This document shows positions 10,407 to 19,838 of a stretch of DNA of 64,000 nt, piece after piece. The notes beneath the pieces are model-generated. The model made no database searches. It saw only the letters and a program-made list of their open reading frames with translations, and had not been told where the DNA came from. The stretch comes from Candidatus Bathyarchaeota archaeon (GTDB lineage: Archaea > Thermoproteota > Bathyarchaeia > 40CM-2-53-6 > RBG-13-38-9), in the NCBI GenBank assembly GCA_963807605.1, contig CAWECG010000003.1:384001-448000 (forward strand). The letters run 5' to 3'. Made by a program: the position numbers and the translations under genes. Numbering within the stretch: the first letter of the stretch is position 1; each line of letters starts with the position of its first letter.

Positions 10407-10652
10407 TTGTACATGAGATGTTCTATTTGCAGAAAAGAAATAATAGGCACAGCATTTTGGCTCGATGGAAAACCAATATGTGGCGACTGTTGCTATAGGT
10501 ATTCGCCAAAAAATCGAAAACCCAAGTCAGGAGATAATCCATACATTACCCGAGAAGATAGTCCTGACGACTACTCGAAGGAGTATGATACACAAGAAGA
10601 GTCCGTGGAGGAGTTGTCTTACTCTGATGAAGGAAATGAAGTCGAATCGTAA
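10407..10652 (+). CDS. small zinc-finger protein with acidic tail
   Basis: CSIC...CGDC and D/E-rich C-terminus. Confidence 0.55.
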   Translation: MYMRCSICRKEIIGTAFWLDGKPICGDCCYRYSPKNRKPKSGDNPYITREDSPDDYSKEYDTQEESVEELSYSDEGNEVES

Positions 10653-10797
10653 TTCCTTCTTTTGTATGCTTGTCGAAGGACCCTGAACCACTCTGGCATT
10701 TTCTCAAGTGTTACCTCATCTATGTCCTCGTAGAGAATTTGCAGCAGCTCCATGTTATGATCCCTCAGTTTGCTTTCTCAGCAATGGCACCATTGCC

Positions 10798-11748
10798 CTA
10801 ACCGTCTGCGTTCTCCTGAGTGATCTCGTAGACCCTTCCTGTCTTATCTCCAACTGATTTCGCCAACCCTTTGACGCATAGATCTTTCATGTAGTTTCGG
10901 TAAGACCTCTCTCCCTTAGGATACCTCGTCTTCTCGCAATAGAGCGCGAACAACCTTGAGCTCGGTAGGCCTTTCTGTTCTTTGAGTATGTTAAGCAGTA
11001 CTTTCTCATCCTGGTTCAACTCTGATTCAGGGCAATCGATTTCTGGAACATCACTCTCTTCAATCTTAGCTCTATTTTCTGATTCGGCTTTGAGCGCAGC
11101 TGTCCTCAGGAGATTCAGTCCCAGTGAAATGTTGCCTTTGCATTGCACAGTTATTTTCTTGAGGAGCGAGTCTGAGTAGGCCCATTCTTTGAGTGATAGT
11201 TTAGCTCGTTCGCTTAAGATCGCCAGGGTCTGTTCAGGGCTATAAGTTGGAATCTTCAGCATGTTTGTGAAGCTACTTCTTGTCTGTAGGTCAAGTCTTA
11301 GATAGTTTTCTTCCTTGTCTGCGACCAAGACCACAATGAAGCCTAACCCAACTAGCTTCGATACTACTTCTACCTCTCTGAGGTGGTCAAAGTGATCCAA
11401 ACATAGTAGGAATTTGCCATTCTTGGTTTTCTCCTTGATTCGTTTCAGAAGGTCGTAATTGCTCCTGCTCATGACCAGACTTGAGAGAGCCGATAGGATT
11501 TCTCTTAAGATCGCGTTTGTCGTCTGGTAAAGGCCGCAGTCTATGTGTATGTTTCTGCCTTTGAACTCGGGGATAACATGCTTTACGAGCGTGGATTTAC
11601 CTATTCCCGCATCTCCATGTAGGAATGTGTGAACCTGATTTGTCATCGCATTTTGTAGCTGGGATATCTCGCTGTCTCTAAACGAGATCTTCTCTGGTAC
11701 GTATAACGGAGATAGTGCCTGTGGGTTGGAGAGGACTCTAGAGGTCAC
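10798..11748 (-). CDS. cdc6: Orc1/Cdc6-like AAA+ replication initiator (MGE type)
   Basis: LSPLYVPEKISFRDSEI, Walker A GDAGIGKS, Walker B LLCLDHFD, YSPEQ..IL.ER, C-terminal wHTH. Confidence 0.85.
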   Translation of the reverse strand: MTSRVLSNPQALSPLYVPEKISFRDSEISQLQNAMTNQVHTFLHGDAGIGKSTLVKHVIPEFKGRNIHIDCGLYQTTNAILREILSALSSLVMSRSNYDLLKRIKEKTKNGKFLLCLDHFDHLREVEVVSKLVGLGFIVVLVADKEENYLRLDLQTRSSFTNMLKIPTYSPEQTLAILSERAKLSLKEWAYSDSLLKKITVQCKGNISLGLNLLRTAALKAESENRAKIEESDVPEIDCPESELNQDEKVLLNILKEQKGLPSSRLFALYCEKTRYPKGERSYRNYMKDLCVKGLAKSVGDKTGRVYEITQENADG

Positions 11749-11965
11749 AATACGAATGTAATCTTAAAGCTTTAGTAGTTTGCGAGTGTGTGATTTGCCG
11801 ATAATTCCGATAACGTTTGAGTGAGAACGAAATCTCAACATAGCTCGCGTAAAGAGCTTGACAGTCGATGATACTGTTACCCTACCTTTTGCCCGCGAAC
11901 CACATTTAGTTTTTTACCTGGTTGTCCCTCATCAATAAATAGTTAACAGACCTAAGTGAACCTAT

Positions 11966-12838
11966 ATGCCCAAGTTACATAATGAAATGCCAACACGACA
12001 TCTGGCTAATGAAGTCGACATCAACCTCATAGACGTTTCTGGACTTAACACGCGCAAGGACTTGGAGGCCGGTACGGAAGATAGTGGACTGGATGATCTG
12101 GCCGAAAGCATTTCTGAGAAAGGATTACTCAGCCCCATCATTGTAAGGCGAAAAGGCCAAAGATACGAACTAATTGCTGGGCAAAGGCGCTACCTTGCGT
12201 GCAGGAGACTAAAGTGGAAGACGATTCCATGCTTCATAAGAGACGATCTTAGCGACAGCGATGCTACGGCCATCTCCCTTATTGAAAACGTACATCGCGC
12301 CGAAATGAACCCGATAGATAAAGCAAATGCCCTAGAAAGCTTATTGAAATATCATAAGAAAGACTACAATAAAGTTTCAAAGGAAACAGGAATTAGCACG
12401 CCTACGGTCAGACGCTATATTTCATTGCTTGAGCTTCCTGAAGAATTGAAACGCAAGATTTCAACTACAGAAGGACCAGCCAAAGTTCAATCCCTTTCAC
12501 TTCTGTCGAAGACCTTTACCGATAAAGGGGAGATGCTTACAGTATATGATAAGACCTCTGGTTTCACCCAACAGGTTCAGATGGAGATAATCAGGCAAAG
12601 CAAGGGGGACCTACGTAGTATAGACCAATTGGTTGAAAAAGCACACGAAGGTATTTTTAGTGTGCATAGATGCAGAGGAGTTGACGATTGCTCATTTGTC
12701 CCACAATGGATCAAAGTTGTCGATGATACCATAAGCGGTCGTGATGATTCTGTTGAGAATTCTGGAATAAAAGACATAATGTTGAAGCTTAGAAAGAATG
12801 TTGACTTCGAGATAGCCGGTAAGACTAGAAAAGGATGA
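11966..12838 (+). CDS. parB: ParB/RepB/Spo0J family protein
   Basis: LAESISEKGLLSPIIVR, YELIAGQRR, LIENVHR, HTH. Confidence 0.88.
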   Translation: MPKLHNEMPTRHLANEVDINLIDVSGLNTRKDLEAGTEDSGLDDLAESISEKGLLSPIIVRRKGQRYELIAGQRRYLACRRLKWKTIPCFIRDDLSDSDATAISLIENVHRAEMNPIDKANALESLLKYHKKDYNKVSKETGISTPTVRRYISLLELPEELKRKISTTEGPAKVQSLSLLSKTFTDKGEMLTVYDKTSGFTQQVQMEIIRQSKGDLRSIDQLVEKAHEGIFSVHRCRGVDDCSFVPQWIKVVDDTISGRDDSVENSGIKDIMLKLRKNVDFEIAGKTRKG

Positions 12839-14268
12839 ATCTGATGGCCGTTCTGAAAGAGACTGTCGGTAAGCTTCAACCAGTCTTAGAGGAATATGCT
12901 ACAGAAAAGGCCAATATAGAACAACAGCTTATGAGCAAGGGGATTATTCCAATTACCATCTGTGAAAGATGCTCCAGGCGAACCATAGTTCGTGTTTCAA
13001 AATTAAACGATGGCTCTCAGAAATCCGTTGCAAGTCTACTTAATTGGATGCAGGAAAATGATACCACTGATCTAGAGTCGAACGGTGAGATTCTAGCCTT
13101 CAAATCGACTAAAAAAACTGTTGAAGGCGTACAAGGCTCCATCCCTCTTGTAACTATTGGGAGCACTCTGAAATCTTCGGCCGAAAAAATTTCTTACGAT
13201 TATAAAATGTCAACGTCGAGACTCAAGCGAAAACCCTTTTCTAGGTTGCTAGATTTTCCGTTTGCGACCTTTCGTACATGCAGTCATTTGACAAAAGACA
13301 ATCTCCAAAACAAATCTTCTCCAGTCTTGTTGACTCACAAGGCAGAATATCCATTCATCGAAAGGTCACATAAGGTGGAGAAGATGTGGCAAGAAGAGGA
13401 GCCTCAAAATGAGCTTAGGCTGTTGTGCGGAGAATGCGTCAATCGAATTGATTCCATAGGCTGTGAAGACAGTATTAGGAAAGAAGGATTCGTATACAGG
13501 TATTCATTCTGTCCACTCAGCCGCGTTTTGTTAGAGCAACTTCTCGAAAAGCATAAAATCGAATACGTTGCTCCTCAGGAAGAGAACTCATATCGCGATG
13601 GGTTCATTTTTCATCTTCCGGAATATGGAGTGGTTCTAACAGGTAGCTACCGGGAGATAGAAAGCACAATCCAAGCGGTGAAGCCTGAATGCGTAGTTGC
13701 TTTCGGAGCCAAGCAAGAGCTGGTTCGCTACCTCGGACTAGGCGTCAACGTAATCGTCTTTGATGAACAAGCAGCGAATGACCGTTTCACAATACTTGAC
13801 AGAGAAGTGAAGGTCGAGCAATCGATTGAAAATATAATCCAAACAATAGTTGAGAAATTGGACCAGTACTCAAGCGAAGTAAGAGGAAAAGAACATGATA
13901 GGTTGATCGCTGCGTTTCAGAAAATTGGACGGGAACTTGGTTTTATTGCTCAGCAAGAACTTTCTCAAAAGGGAGCAAGGGTAGATGTGGTCTGGTTGAA
14001 CCGCGAAGGCGGGGTTGATGTCGCGATTGAAGTCCAAGTCTCGGCCCAATGGAAAAAGGACATAGTCACAACATGGGAAACAGGACCAAAGCTTGCAGTT
14101 GTTTTAACACACTACAAAACGGATAAGGCATTAACCGATGTGATCCAATACAATCTTCTGCAATACATGCCGCACAAATTGCTTCTAATCAATTATTCGC
14201 TAAAAAAGGCCTACTTGTTGGAGAAACAAGAAATTATCAGAGCATACGACCTTAAGACCGCAACGTGA
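12835..14268 (+). CDS. hypothetical protein with C-terminal PD-(D/E)XK-like nuclease domain
   Basis: QQE...RVDVVWL...VAIEVQ; ATGA overlap with parB. Confidence 0.65.
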   Translation: MNLMAVLKETVGKLQPVLEEYATEKANIEQQLMSKGIIPITICERCSRRTIVRVSKLNDGSQKSVASLLNWMQENDTTDLESNGEILAFKSTKKTVEGVQGSIPLVTIGSTLKSSAEKISYDYKMSTSRLKRKPFSRLLDFPFATFRTCSHLTKDNLQNKSSPVLLTHKAEYPFIERSHKVEKMWQEEEPQNELRLLCGECVNRIDSIGCEDSIRKEGFVYRYSFCPLSRVLLEQLLEKHKIEYVAPQEENSYRDGFIFHLPEYGVVLTGSYREIESTIQAVKPECVVAFGAKQELVRYLGLGVNVIVFDEQAANDRFTILDREVKVEQSIENIIQTIVEKLDQYSSEVRGKEHDRLIAAFQKIGRELGFIAQQELSQKGARVDVVWLNREGGVDVAIEVQVSAQWKKDIVTTWETGPKLAVVLTHYKTDKALTDVIQYNLLQYMPHKLLLINYSLKKAYLLEKQEIIRAYDLKTAT

Positions 14269-14384
14269 AATGCGAGTTCTTTGAAGTTAGCGACCATTGT
14301 TATCTGCCCTATTCATGATTTGGGAATTGTCGGAAGTCATATCCTTCGATAAGACAGATTTGAATTCGTTAACATCCATCTGTA

Positions 14385-15266
14385 GTGATTCTTCCAAAAG
14401 GCACAACAGACCATTCGATAAACAAATCGGGCAAGAGAGATCTTCTTGTTAGTGTTTGGGATTTCAGTCCTGCTCATCCTCAAAGTGAGCGCTCGCACTA
14501 TCTTCTGAACGACCATCCTGCCAAGATGCGCCCATGTCTCGCTAGAGCTATCTTACAGATTTATGGAGAATCGCCTGTTCTTGACCCTATGGCAGGTATC
14601 GGCACTACCCTGGTCGAGGCCATGTTGCTCGGAATGGATGCCGTAGGTGTTGAATACGAAAAGAAGTTCGTAGATCAAGCCAACAAGAACGTTCACCATG
14701 CAAGGAAACTCCATCCTAACCAAAAACTCGGGAACCCTGTTTGTATCCGAGGAGATGCAAGAAACCTGAGTTTTCTTCACAGTGACGTCAACGCCGTGAT
14801 TTTCAGTCCTCCTTTTGGAGAAGCCAATAGAGGCTCCGGAATAGCAAAGAAAGGATACGAAGGCAAATACGGGAAAGACGAAAACCTAAAGGATAGGTGT
14901 GACAGACCGCTTTCAAATAATAAGAATAACATCAGCAACTGTCGTTATGGTAGAACCTATCTTGGACAGATGTTCAAGGTCTATCTCGAATGTTTCAAAG
15001 CTCTGAAGTCAAATAAGTTCATGGTTGTTGTGGTGAGAGATGTCAGACGTAGAGGTCTTACGATACCGCTAGGTGCAGATACGACAAAATTGTGTCAGCT
15101 TGCTGGTTTCGAAGTTTTTGACATAATAGTCAACAAAATGTACTTTCCATCTTTCTGGCAGTTAACTCACGCTCAGAAAGCCCAAGCCAAGAAAGTGCCG
15201 ATGACATTGCGGACCCATGAATACGTACTGGTTTTCAAGAAACCGCAGTTGAATTCTCACTTGTGA
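14385..15266 (+). CDS. DNA amino-methyltransferase (N4-C/N6-A type)
   Basis: HPAKM, VLDPMAGIGTT (motif I), FSPPF (motif IV), HEYVLVFKK. Confidence 0.85.
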   Translation: MILPKGTTDHSINKSGKRDLLVSVWDFSPAHPQSERSHYLLNDHPAKMRPCLARAILQIYGESPVLDPMAGIGTTLVEAMLLGMDAVGVEYEKKFVDQANKNVHHARKLHPNQKLGNPVCIRGDARNLSFLHSDVNAVIFSPPFGEANRGSGIAKKGYEGKYGKDENLKDRCDRPLSNNKNNISNCRYGRTYLGQMFKVYLECFKALKSNKFMVVVVRDVRRRGLTIPLGADTTKLCQLAGFEVFDIIVNKMYFPSFWQLTHAQKAQAKKVPMTLRTHEYVLVFKKPQLNSHL

Positions 15267-15439
15267 CTTGAATTCATCGACCATACATATTTGATGCTGG
15301 CTTGACCCTCGTCCAAGTCTAGCCGGATAGGTTGGTAGCCTCTTTCTGCATACCTGCTGGCTAGGTAGAACATTGCCAGACTCCAAGCTGTAATAAGAAG
15401 GTACCACAGTGGCAACCAAGTGAATCCCAGAGCGCGCGC

Positions 15440-15760
15440 TCAAAGTTTCTCGATTCTGAGTGGGGGAATCGTAGAAGCGATCAACCAAATCCTCTAGGTA
15501 ATAATCGTGATTTCCACGGAGGAATGTGACCTTACGGGGACGGGACAGAATATGCTCTATGATCCGTTGGTTCTCCACAGTAGCTTTGCGTTCTGTCTTC
15601 TCCAGAAATCGAATATGTCCCCGATGAGTATGAAACGATCTGTATCATTCCATCCAGGATACGTGTCAATAAATCTTAGGAAGGCATCGCTATCTGATCG
15701 GCTGTACCCCAAATGAACATCAGATACGACGACTGCTTTTTGACAGTCGATTGGAGGCAT
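15440..15760 (-). pseudogene. LpxH-like metallophosphoesterase, frameshifted (about 15578) and 3'-truncated
   Basis: VSDVHLG and IGDIFDFW in one frame, RGNHDY in the next; no C-terminal GHxH motif. Confidence 0.7.
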
Positions 15761-15894
15761 GTTTTCTCGACCTCCACTCTGTTTAGAAGCCCCTTGCCAG
15801 GTTATTGCATCTGCCTCATTATAAGATGAAGAGATGGATGAACTGAAATCTCTAACGGAATTAATGGAGGAGGTATTCGTCGATAATCTAGATT

Positions 15895-16185
15895 TTGCCT
15901 GCAAACAATAACAAAGTCATGCCTGTTGACCGTGACCTAGCATACGAATCATTGAAGTGGGTTGAACCTGAAGTCTACAGAATCTATTGTAAGCTTAGAT
16001 ACATAGAAGTGAACCCCGGGGAAATTAATGGATATACCGAAAGCCTACGTAAGTTCTATCTTACCGAGAAACTGAACGATGCCCTTGACATGCTTGAAGC
16101 TAAGGGCCACATTACAATCCTGAATGACTATCAGAATGAGCAAATACTCTACACGAAGAACGGCGAGAATGCCTTGGATGTCTAA
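15895..16185 (+). CDS. hypothetical protein
   Basis: 96-aa ORF, first of a tight three-gene run. Confidence 0.5.
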   Translation: MPANNNKVMPVDRDLAYESLKWVEPEVYRIYCKLRYIEVNPGEINGYTESLRKFYLTEKLNDALDMLEAKGHITILNDYQNEQILYTKNGENALDV

Positions 16186-16196
16186 GGAGTGGTTCA

Positions 16197-16484
16197 GTGC
16201 CATACAGATGTGACATCTACATAGGTAGCGACAATGATTCAAGGAAAATTTGCGATAGCTATCTGAAGAAGGTTAGAGACTGGGCTAGTACCACTTTTCC
16301 CAATGGATATACGCTTGTTAAAGGTGAAGGGTGCTATCGCGGCATTTCCGAGGACTCGGTTCTAATCTATGCATTCTTTAGCGAAGATGCAACTCTGCGA
16401 AATCGGTTAGAGACATTGAAACGCGAATTGAAACAGGAAGCCATACTTCTTGTCAAATCAGCGGTTGATTTTGAGGTGGTCTAG
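16197..16484 (+). CDS. DUF3574-like small protein
   Basis: YIG...FPNGYTLVKGEGCY...E...LKQEAIL pattern. Confidence 0.55.
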   Translation: MPYRCDIYIGSDNDSRKICDSYLKKVRDWASTTFPNGYTLVKGEGCYRGISEDSVLIYAFFSEDATLRNRLETLKRELKQEAILLVKSAVDFEVV

Positions 16485-17155
16485 TGAAATGTACAATGTG
16501 CGACCAGAGGATCAAAAGATCTCAGGCCTACTTTGGCGACCAGGGGACTCTCTACGAAGGTAAGCCGCTGTGTGAGACATGCTATCACGAAGATGAGCCT
16601 GCAGCAACGGTCCTCTACGGTAGAGATGATGAGCCTCACATAATCAGCCATACTAGAAATGAGGCCGAAGACGACTTCAGCGTACAATGGCACAGCACAG
16701 ACCCCTGGCGAGGATACTACGAGACTAAGAGTGAGAAATATTCCCTGGTCAACAATGCCGAACTTCTAGCCTATCACGAAAGCGAACAAATGCTGAAAGA
16801 ATTTGACGAGAAAGTGAGAGAACTATTTGACTCTTCAGGAATAGAGTATGCCAGAGTATTCGCAAGAAGTTCCAATGTCTTCTGCCAGAATTACGAACTA
16901 TACGTGAAGAAAGACAAGGAACTTATTGCTAGACTCCTCGTCGCCAAAGCAAAGGCTGAAGTTGACTACAACAATCCAAAATGGTACAGGAACATCATCT
17001 TCGACAGTGAGGCACTAACTAAGCTGGCCCAGCTATTTCCTGAAAGAAATATCAAGACGGACCACGACGCCGTTAAGCTCGTTGAAGAACTAGGAGACAA
17101 GACTCTCCCTGAATTACAAAAGAGGTTGAATGCGACGGGGAGAAAGAACCGGTGA
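16484..17155 (+). CDS. hypothetical protein with N-terminal CxxC-CxxC finger
   Basis: CTMC...CETC; coupled to upstream stop; GAGGTG upstream. Confidence 0.7.
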   Translation: MKCTMCDQRIKRSQAYFGDQGTLYEGKPLCETCYHEDEPAATVLYGRDDEPHIISHTRNEAEDDFSVQWHSTDPWRGYYETKSEKYSLVNNAELLAYHESEQMLKEFDEKVRELFDSSGIEYARVFARSSNVFCQNYELYVKKDKELIARLLVAKAKAEVDYNNPKWYRNIIFDSEALTKLAQLFPERNIKTDHDAVKLVEELGDKTLPELQKRLNATGRKNR

Positions 17156-17259
17156 TATGTCAGTAATCCATTTAACATCGGCGCATATTTCCAGGGCGAG
17201 CATGTGAATCATCAAGAGATAAATACCTAACATACGAACAATCACTTGATGTCGATAGT

Positions 17260-18576
17260 ATGACCGAGACAGCCAGACAAAGTACGGAACCAAAGGTCAG
17301 CCGAAGAAGATTCCTGTATGTAGGCGCGGGCATAGTAGTTGCAGCAGCCGCGGGCGGAGGATACTATTATTTGACCAAACCCGGACAAATTATGACTCCT
17401 ACCGCAAATCAGACCATTACTGGCTCACCTATCCCTCAAAATCCAAATGCCACCACTGTTTTGGACCCTATTACTGAAAAATATGGCGGAAAATTCCCTC
17501 CTCAGATAATTGATAGATTAAGAATTTTGGGTACAAATGGGATTGATGAAAATGAAACTAAATTGTTAGATTTACTTTACAATATAGAAAAATCAGAAGA
17601 AATGAAAGGTAAAGGAATTAATGTCAGTAATTTGGAGAATAGATTAATTGATGTTTCTGTGGAAAATGGTACGGTTTCAGCCGAGAGTGGAACTGCTCTA
17701 GGTTATATGAACACTAATTTGAGTAAAAGTGAAGTTGAGGTGGGTTTCATGGACCTCAGTTTAGATAATGATAGTTTTAATAGGCTAAAGGAAAATGTTG
17801 GAATAAAAGATATTGACAAAATTAATCCTGATTTGGTTTTTGAAACTGCTAGAATGAGTGATTTTGCAGATAAAGAAGTTAGAGATTTGGCTTTTAGCCT
17901 TTATGAAACATACAAAGGTTCTATTGGCTTTATGCTTAATGAAGGTATTCCAAGCAAGAGAAGAAAATGCACTCCTTTAGAGGCTTGGGCATGGATTTAT
18001 AAAGATAGAGGAAGTGAAGGAGCTAAGAAATCATTGGTACTAAATCCTATAAGTATTGTTATCGATGCGTGGACAAAGACAAGTATTTCCGATGATTACA
18101 GATCTGAGATATGGAGTGATCTTAATGAAGTTACTGCTAGATTAAATTCTCCGAGACTAGTTGAAAGGTACATGCAAGATAATTTCGTTTATTCTTATAT
18201 ACCATACGAACCCGAAGGAGTGAAAAGTGTGCAACAAATTTTCTCTTCTGGTCTAACTGGAGGGAAGAAAAAAGGTGCTTGTTATGATCATGCACTATTT
18301 GCAGGATTTTGTTTAAAGAAGAATGGGTATGATGCAAAAGGTATGAAAGTAGATTTTAGTCAAGCAAGAGGTATGTATACTGGACATGTGGTTTGTTTAT
18401 ATAATGACCACAAGTATTTCATTATTGATGTGTGGGATTTGAAAGATGAAATTTATGGACCATTTGAAACGGAAGAGAAAGCTGCTTTATTTGCCTGCCA
18501 TGGACAAGGATTAAAATCATTTGGAACTTATGATATCAACATTGATATGGGAAGATACGCAAGAATTTGGGATTGA
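17260..18576 (+). CDS. Tat-exported transglutaminase-like (Cys-His-Asp) protein
   Basis: SRRRFL plus TM; GACYDHA, GHVVC, IIDVW. Confidence 0.75.
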   Translation: MTETARQSTEPKVSRRRFLYVGAGIVVAAAAGGGYYYLTKPGQIMTPTANQTITGSPIPQNPNATTVLDPITEKYGGKFPPQIIDRLRILGTNGIDENETKLLDLLYNIEKSEEMKGKGINVSNLENRLIDVSVENGTVSAESGTALGYMNTNLSKSEVEVGFMDLSLDNDSFNRLKENVGIKDIDKINPDLVFETARMSDFADKEVRDLAFSLYETYKGSIGFMLNEGIPSKRRKCTPLEAWAWIYKDRGSEGAKKSLVLNPISIVIDAWTKTSISDDYRSEIWSDLNEVTARLNSPRLVERYMQDNFVYSYIPYEPEGVKSVQQIFSSGLTGGKKKGACYDHALFAGFCLKKNGYDAKGMKVDFSQARGMYTGHVVCLYNDHKYFIIDVWDLKDEIYGPFETEEKAALFACHGQGLKSFGTYDINIDMGRYARIWD

Positions 18577-18615
18577 TGATTCCAACTCTGGAATGTATTT
18601 AAATTAGAAATTAAA

Positions 18616-18996
18616 TTAAACCAATTTGTGTTTACCTATTAATTGTCCATTAGAATATTGTATATCTGTTACTGAAGTATAACCTCCACCTCCTGAACTA
18701 CTCGCACAACTTGGCCCACCCCAACACGCAAAACCACCACAAGTAACACTGCAACCTTGTCCAGGACCAGCACAGCCGCATGAACCCGAAGCCCCACCAG
18801 TTCCCCCAGCACTACCGCCACCAGCAGTGCAACTACAAACACAACTGCAACCAGCTGCCACAGGAGCAACTTGCACACCCACAGCCGCCACTACAACTCC
18901 TAAGCCGACAGCTGTCTTCTTTGAAATACTGCCCTCTTCTCCTGATAAAAACGAAGATATGCTCTTTTTAATCGAAGGAATTTCCAACTTCATCAA
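18616..18996 (-). CDS. Cys/Gly/Ser-rich peptide with RiPP-precursor-like leader
   Basis: IPSIKKSISSFLSGEEGSISKK leader, hydrophobic stretch, core with 10 Cys. Confidence 0.65.
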   Translation of the reverse strand: MMKLEIPSIKKSISSFLSGEEGSISKKTAVGLGVVVAAVGVQVAPVAAGCSCVCSCTAGGGSAGGTGGASGSCGCAGPGQGCSVTCGGFACWGGPSCASSSGGGGYTSVTDIQYSNGQLIGKHKLV

Positions 18997-19054
18997 TGTT
19001 TGGTGATTAATCTCCTATTCTGTTTCTCAGAATTAACGGAAACCTTGTGTATCG

Positions 19055-19516
19055 ATGAATGTCTTGGGGGTGTATAATGCAATTATTAAGATGAGTCGGG
19101 AGACCTTTCTTCGCAAACAGTATGAGAAACTGACGCGGCTTGGAATAGACCTGGAAGGGTTGAATACGATACGACTTCAGGGCTCCGAGGACTTCAATCA
19201 TGCTCTAACCAAGTTCATAGTCTGTTTTGGAATCTTAAGAGGTGGGCATCGATTTAAGACCGAGCAGAGAATCAACAGTTCGATATGCGACATCATAGAC
19301 TTGGACAACTTCATTATATACGAGATAGAGTCCAACGCTGATTCGGCTAAGCACAAGAGCAAACTCGGAGACTTCTACCATCCATACATTGAGGACATCG
19401 TCATCATAGACCTCAAGAAGTTGAGCGGGTGGGAGGCTGTCGGCAGCCTTTTCGATTCTGTATGTTCTCGATACGGTATTCTGACAGAAAGAAGGGCTAG
19501 GCTTGTGAGAATGTGA
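19055..19516 (+). CDS. small PD-(D/E)XK-like nuclease-fold protein
   Basis: H..TK...FKTE...CDIIDL..IIYEIES. Confidence 0.6.
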   Translation: MNVLGVYNAIIKMSRETFLRKQYEKLTRLGIDLEGLNTIRLQGSEDFNHALTKFIVCFGILRGGHRFKTEQRINSSICDIIDLDNFIIYEIESNADSAKHKSKLGDFYHPYIEDIVIIDLKKLSGWEAVGSLFDSVCSRYGILTERRARLVRM

Positions 19517-19544
19517 AACTAAGAAAACTTGCAAGAGGTGGAGA

Positions 19545-19826
19545 ATGAGAGGATACTGCCCGAGATGCAAAGAGTATAGAAGCGACAGGGACGAGGATGC
19601 TTGGTCGATAGTCTGGAAGAATGGCTATCCAAGCTGTGAAAGATGCGGTTCATTTGTAGATGTTGAGTATTACGTAGAGATTAGGAATTGCAAGAATAGA
19701 AGGGGAAGAAGGAAGAACAAAGAAAGAGAGAAGTGCAAACATAAGAAGACTGCCGAAATAATTCGCTCAGTTGCTTTCTCTCACTCGAAAGGTACCCAAT
19801 TTCACGAGATTAGGGGATCAAGATAG
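19545..19826 (+). CDS. small zinc-ribbon protein
   Basis: CPRC...CERC; GAGGTGG upstream. Confidence 0.55.
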   Translation: MRGYCPRCKEYRSDRDEDAWSIVWKNGYPSCERCGSFVDVEYYVEIRNCKNRRGRRKNKEREKCKHKKTAEIIRSVAFSHSKGTQFHEIRGSR

Positions 19827-19838
19827 TTTGGTGGTTGA

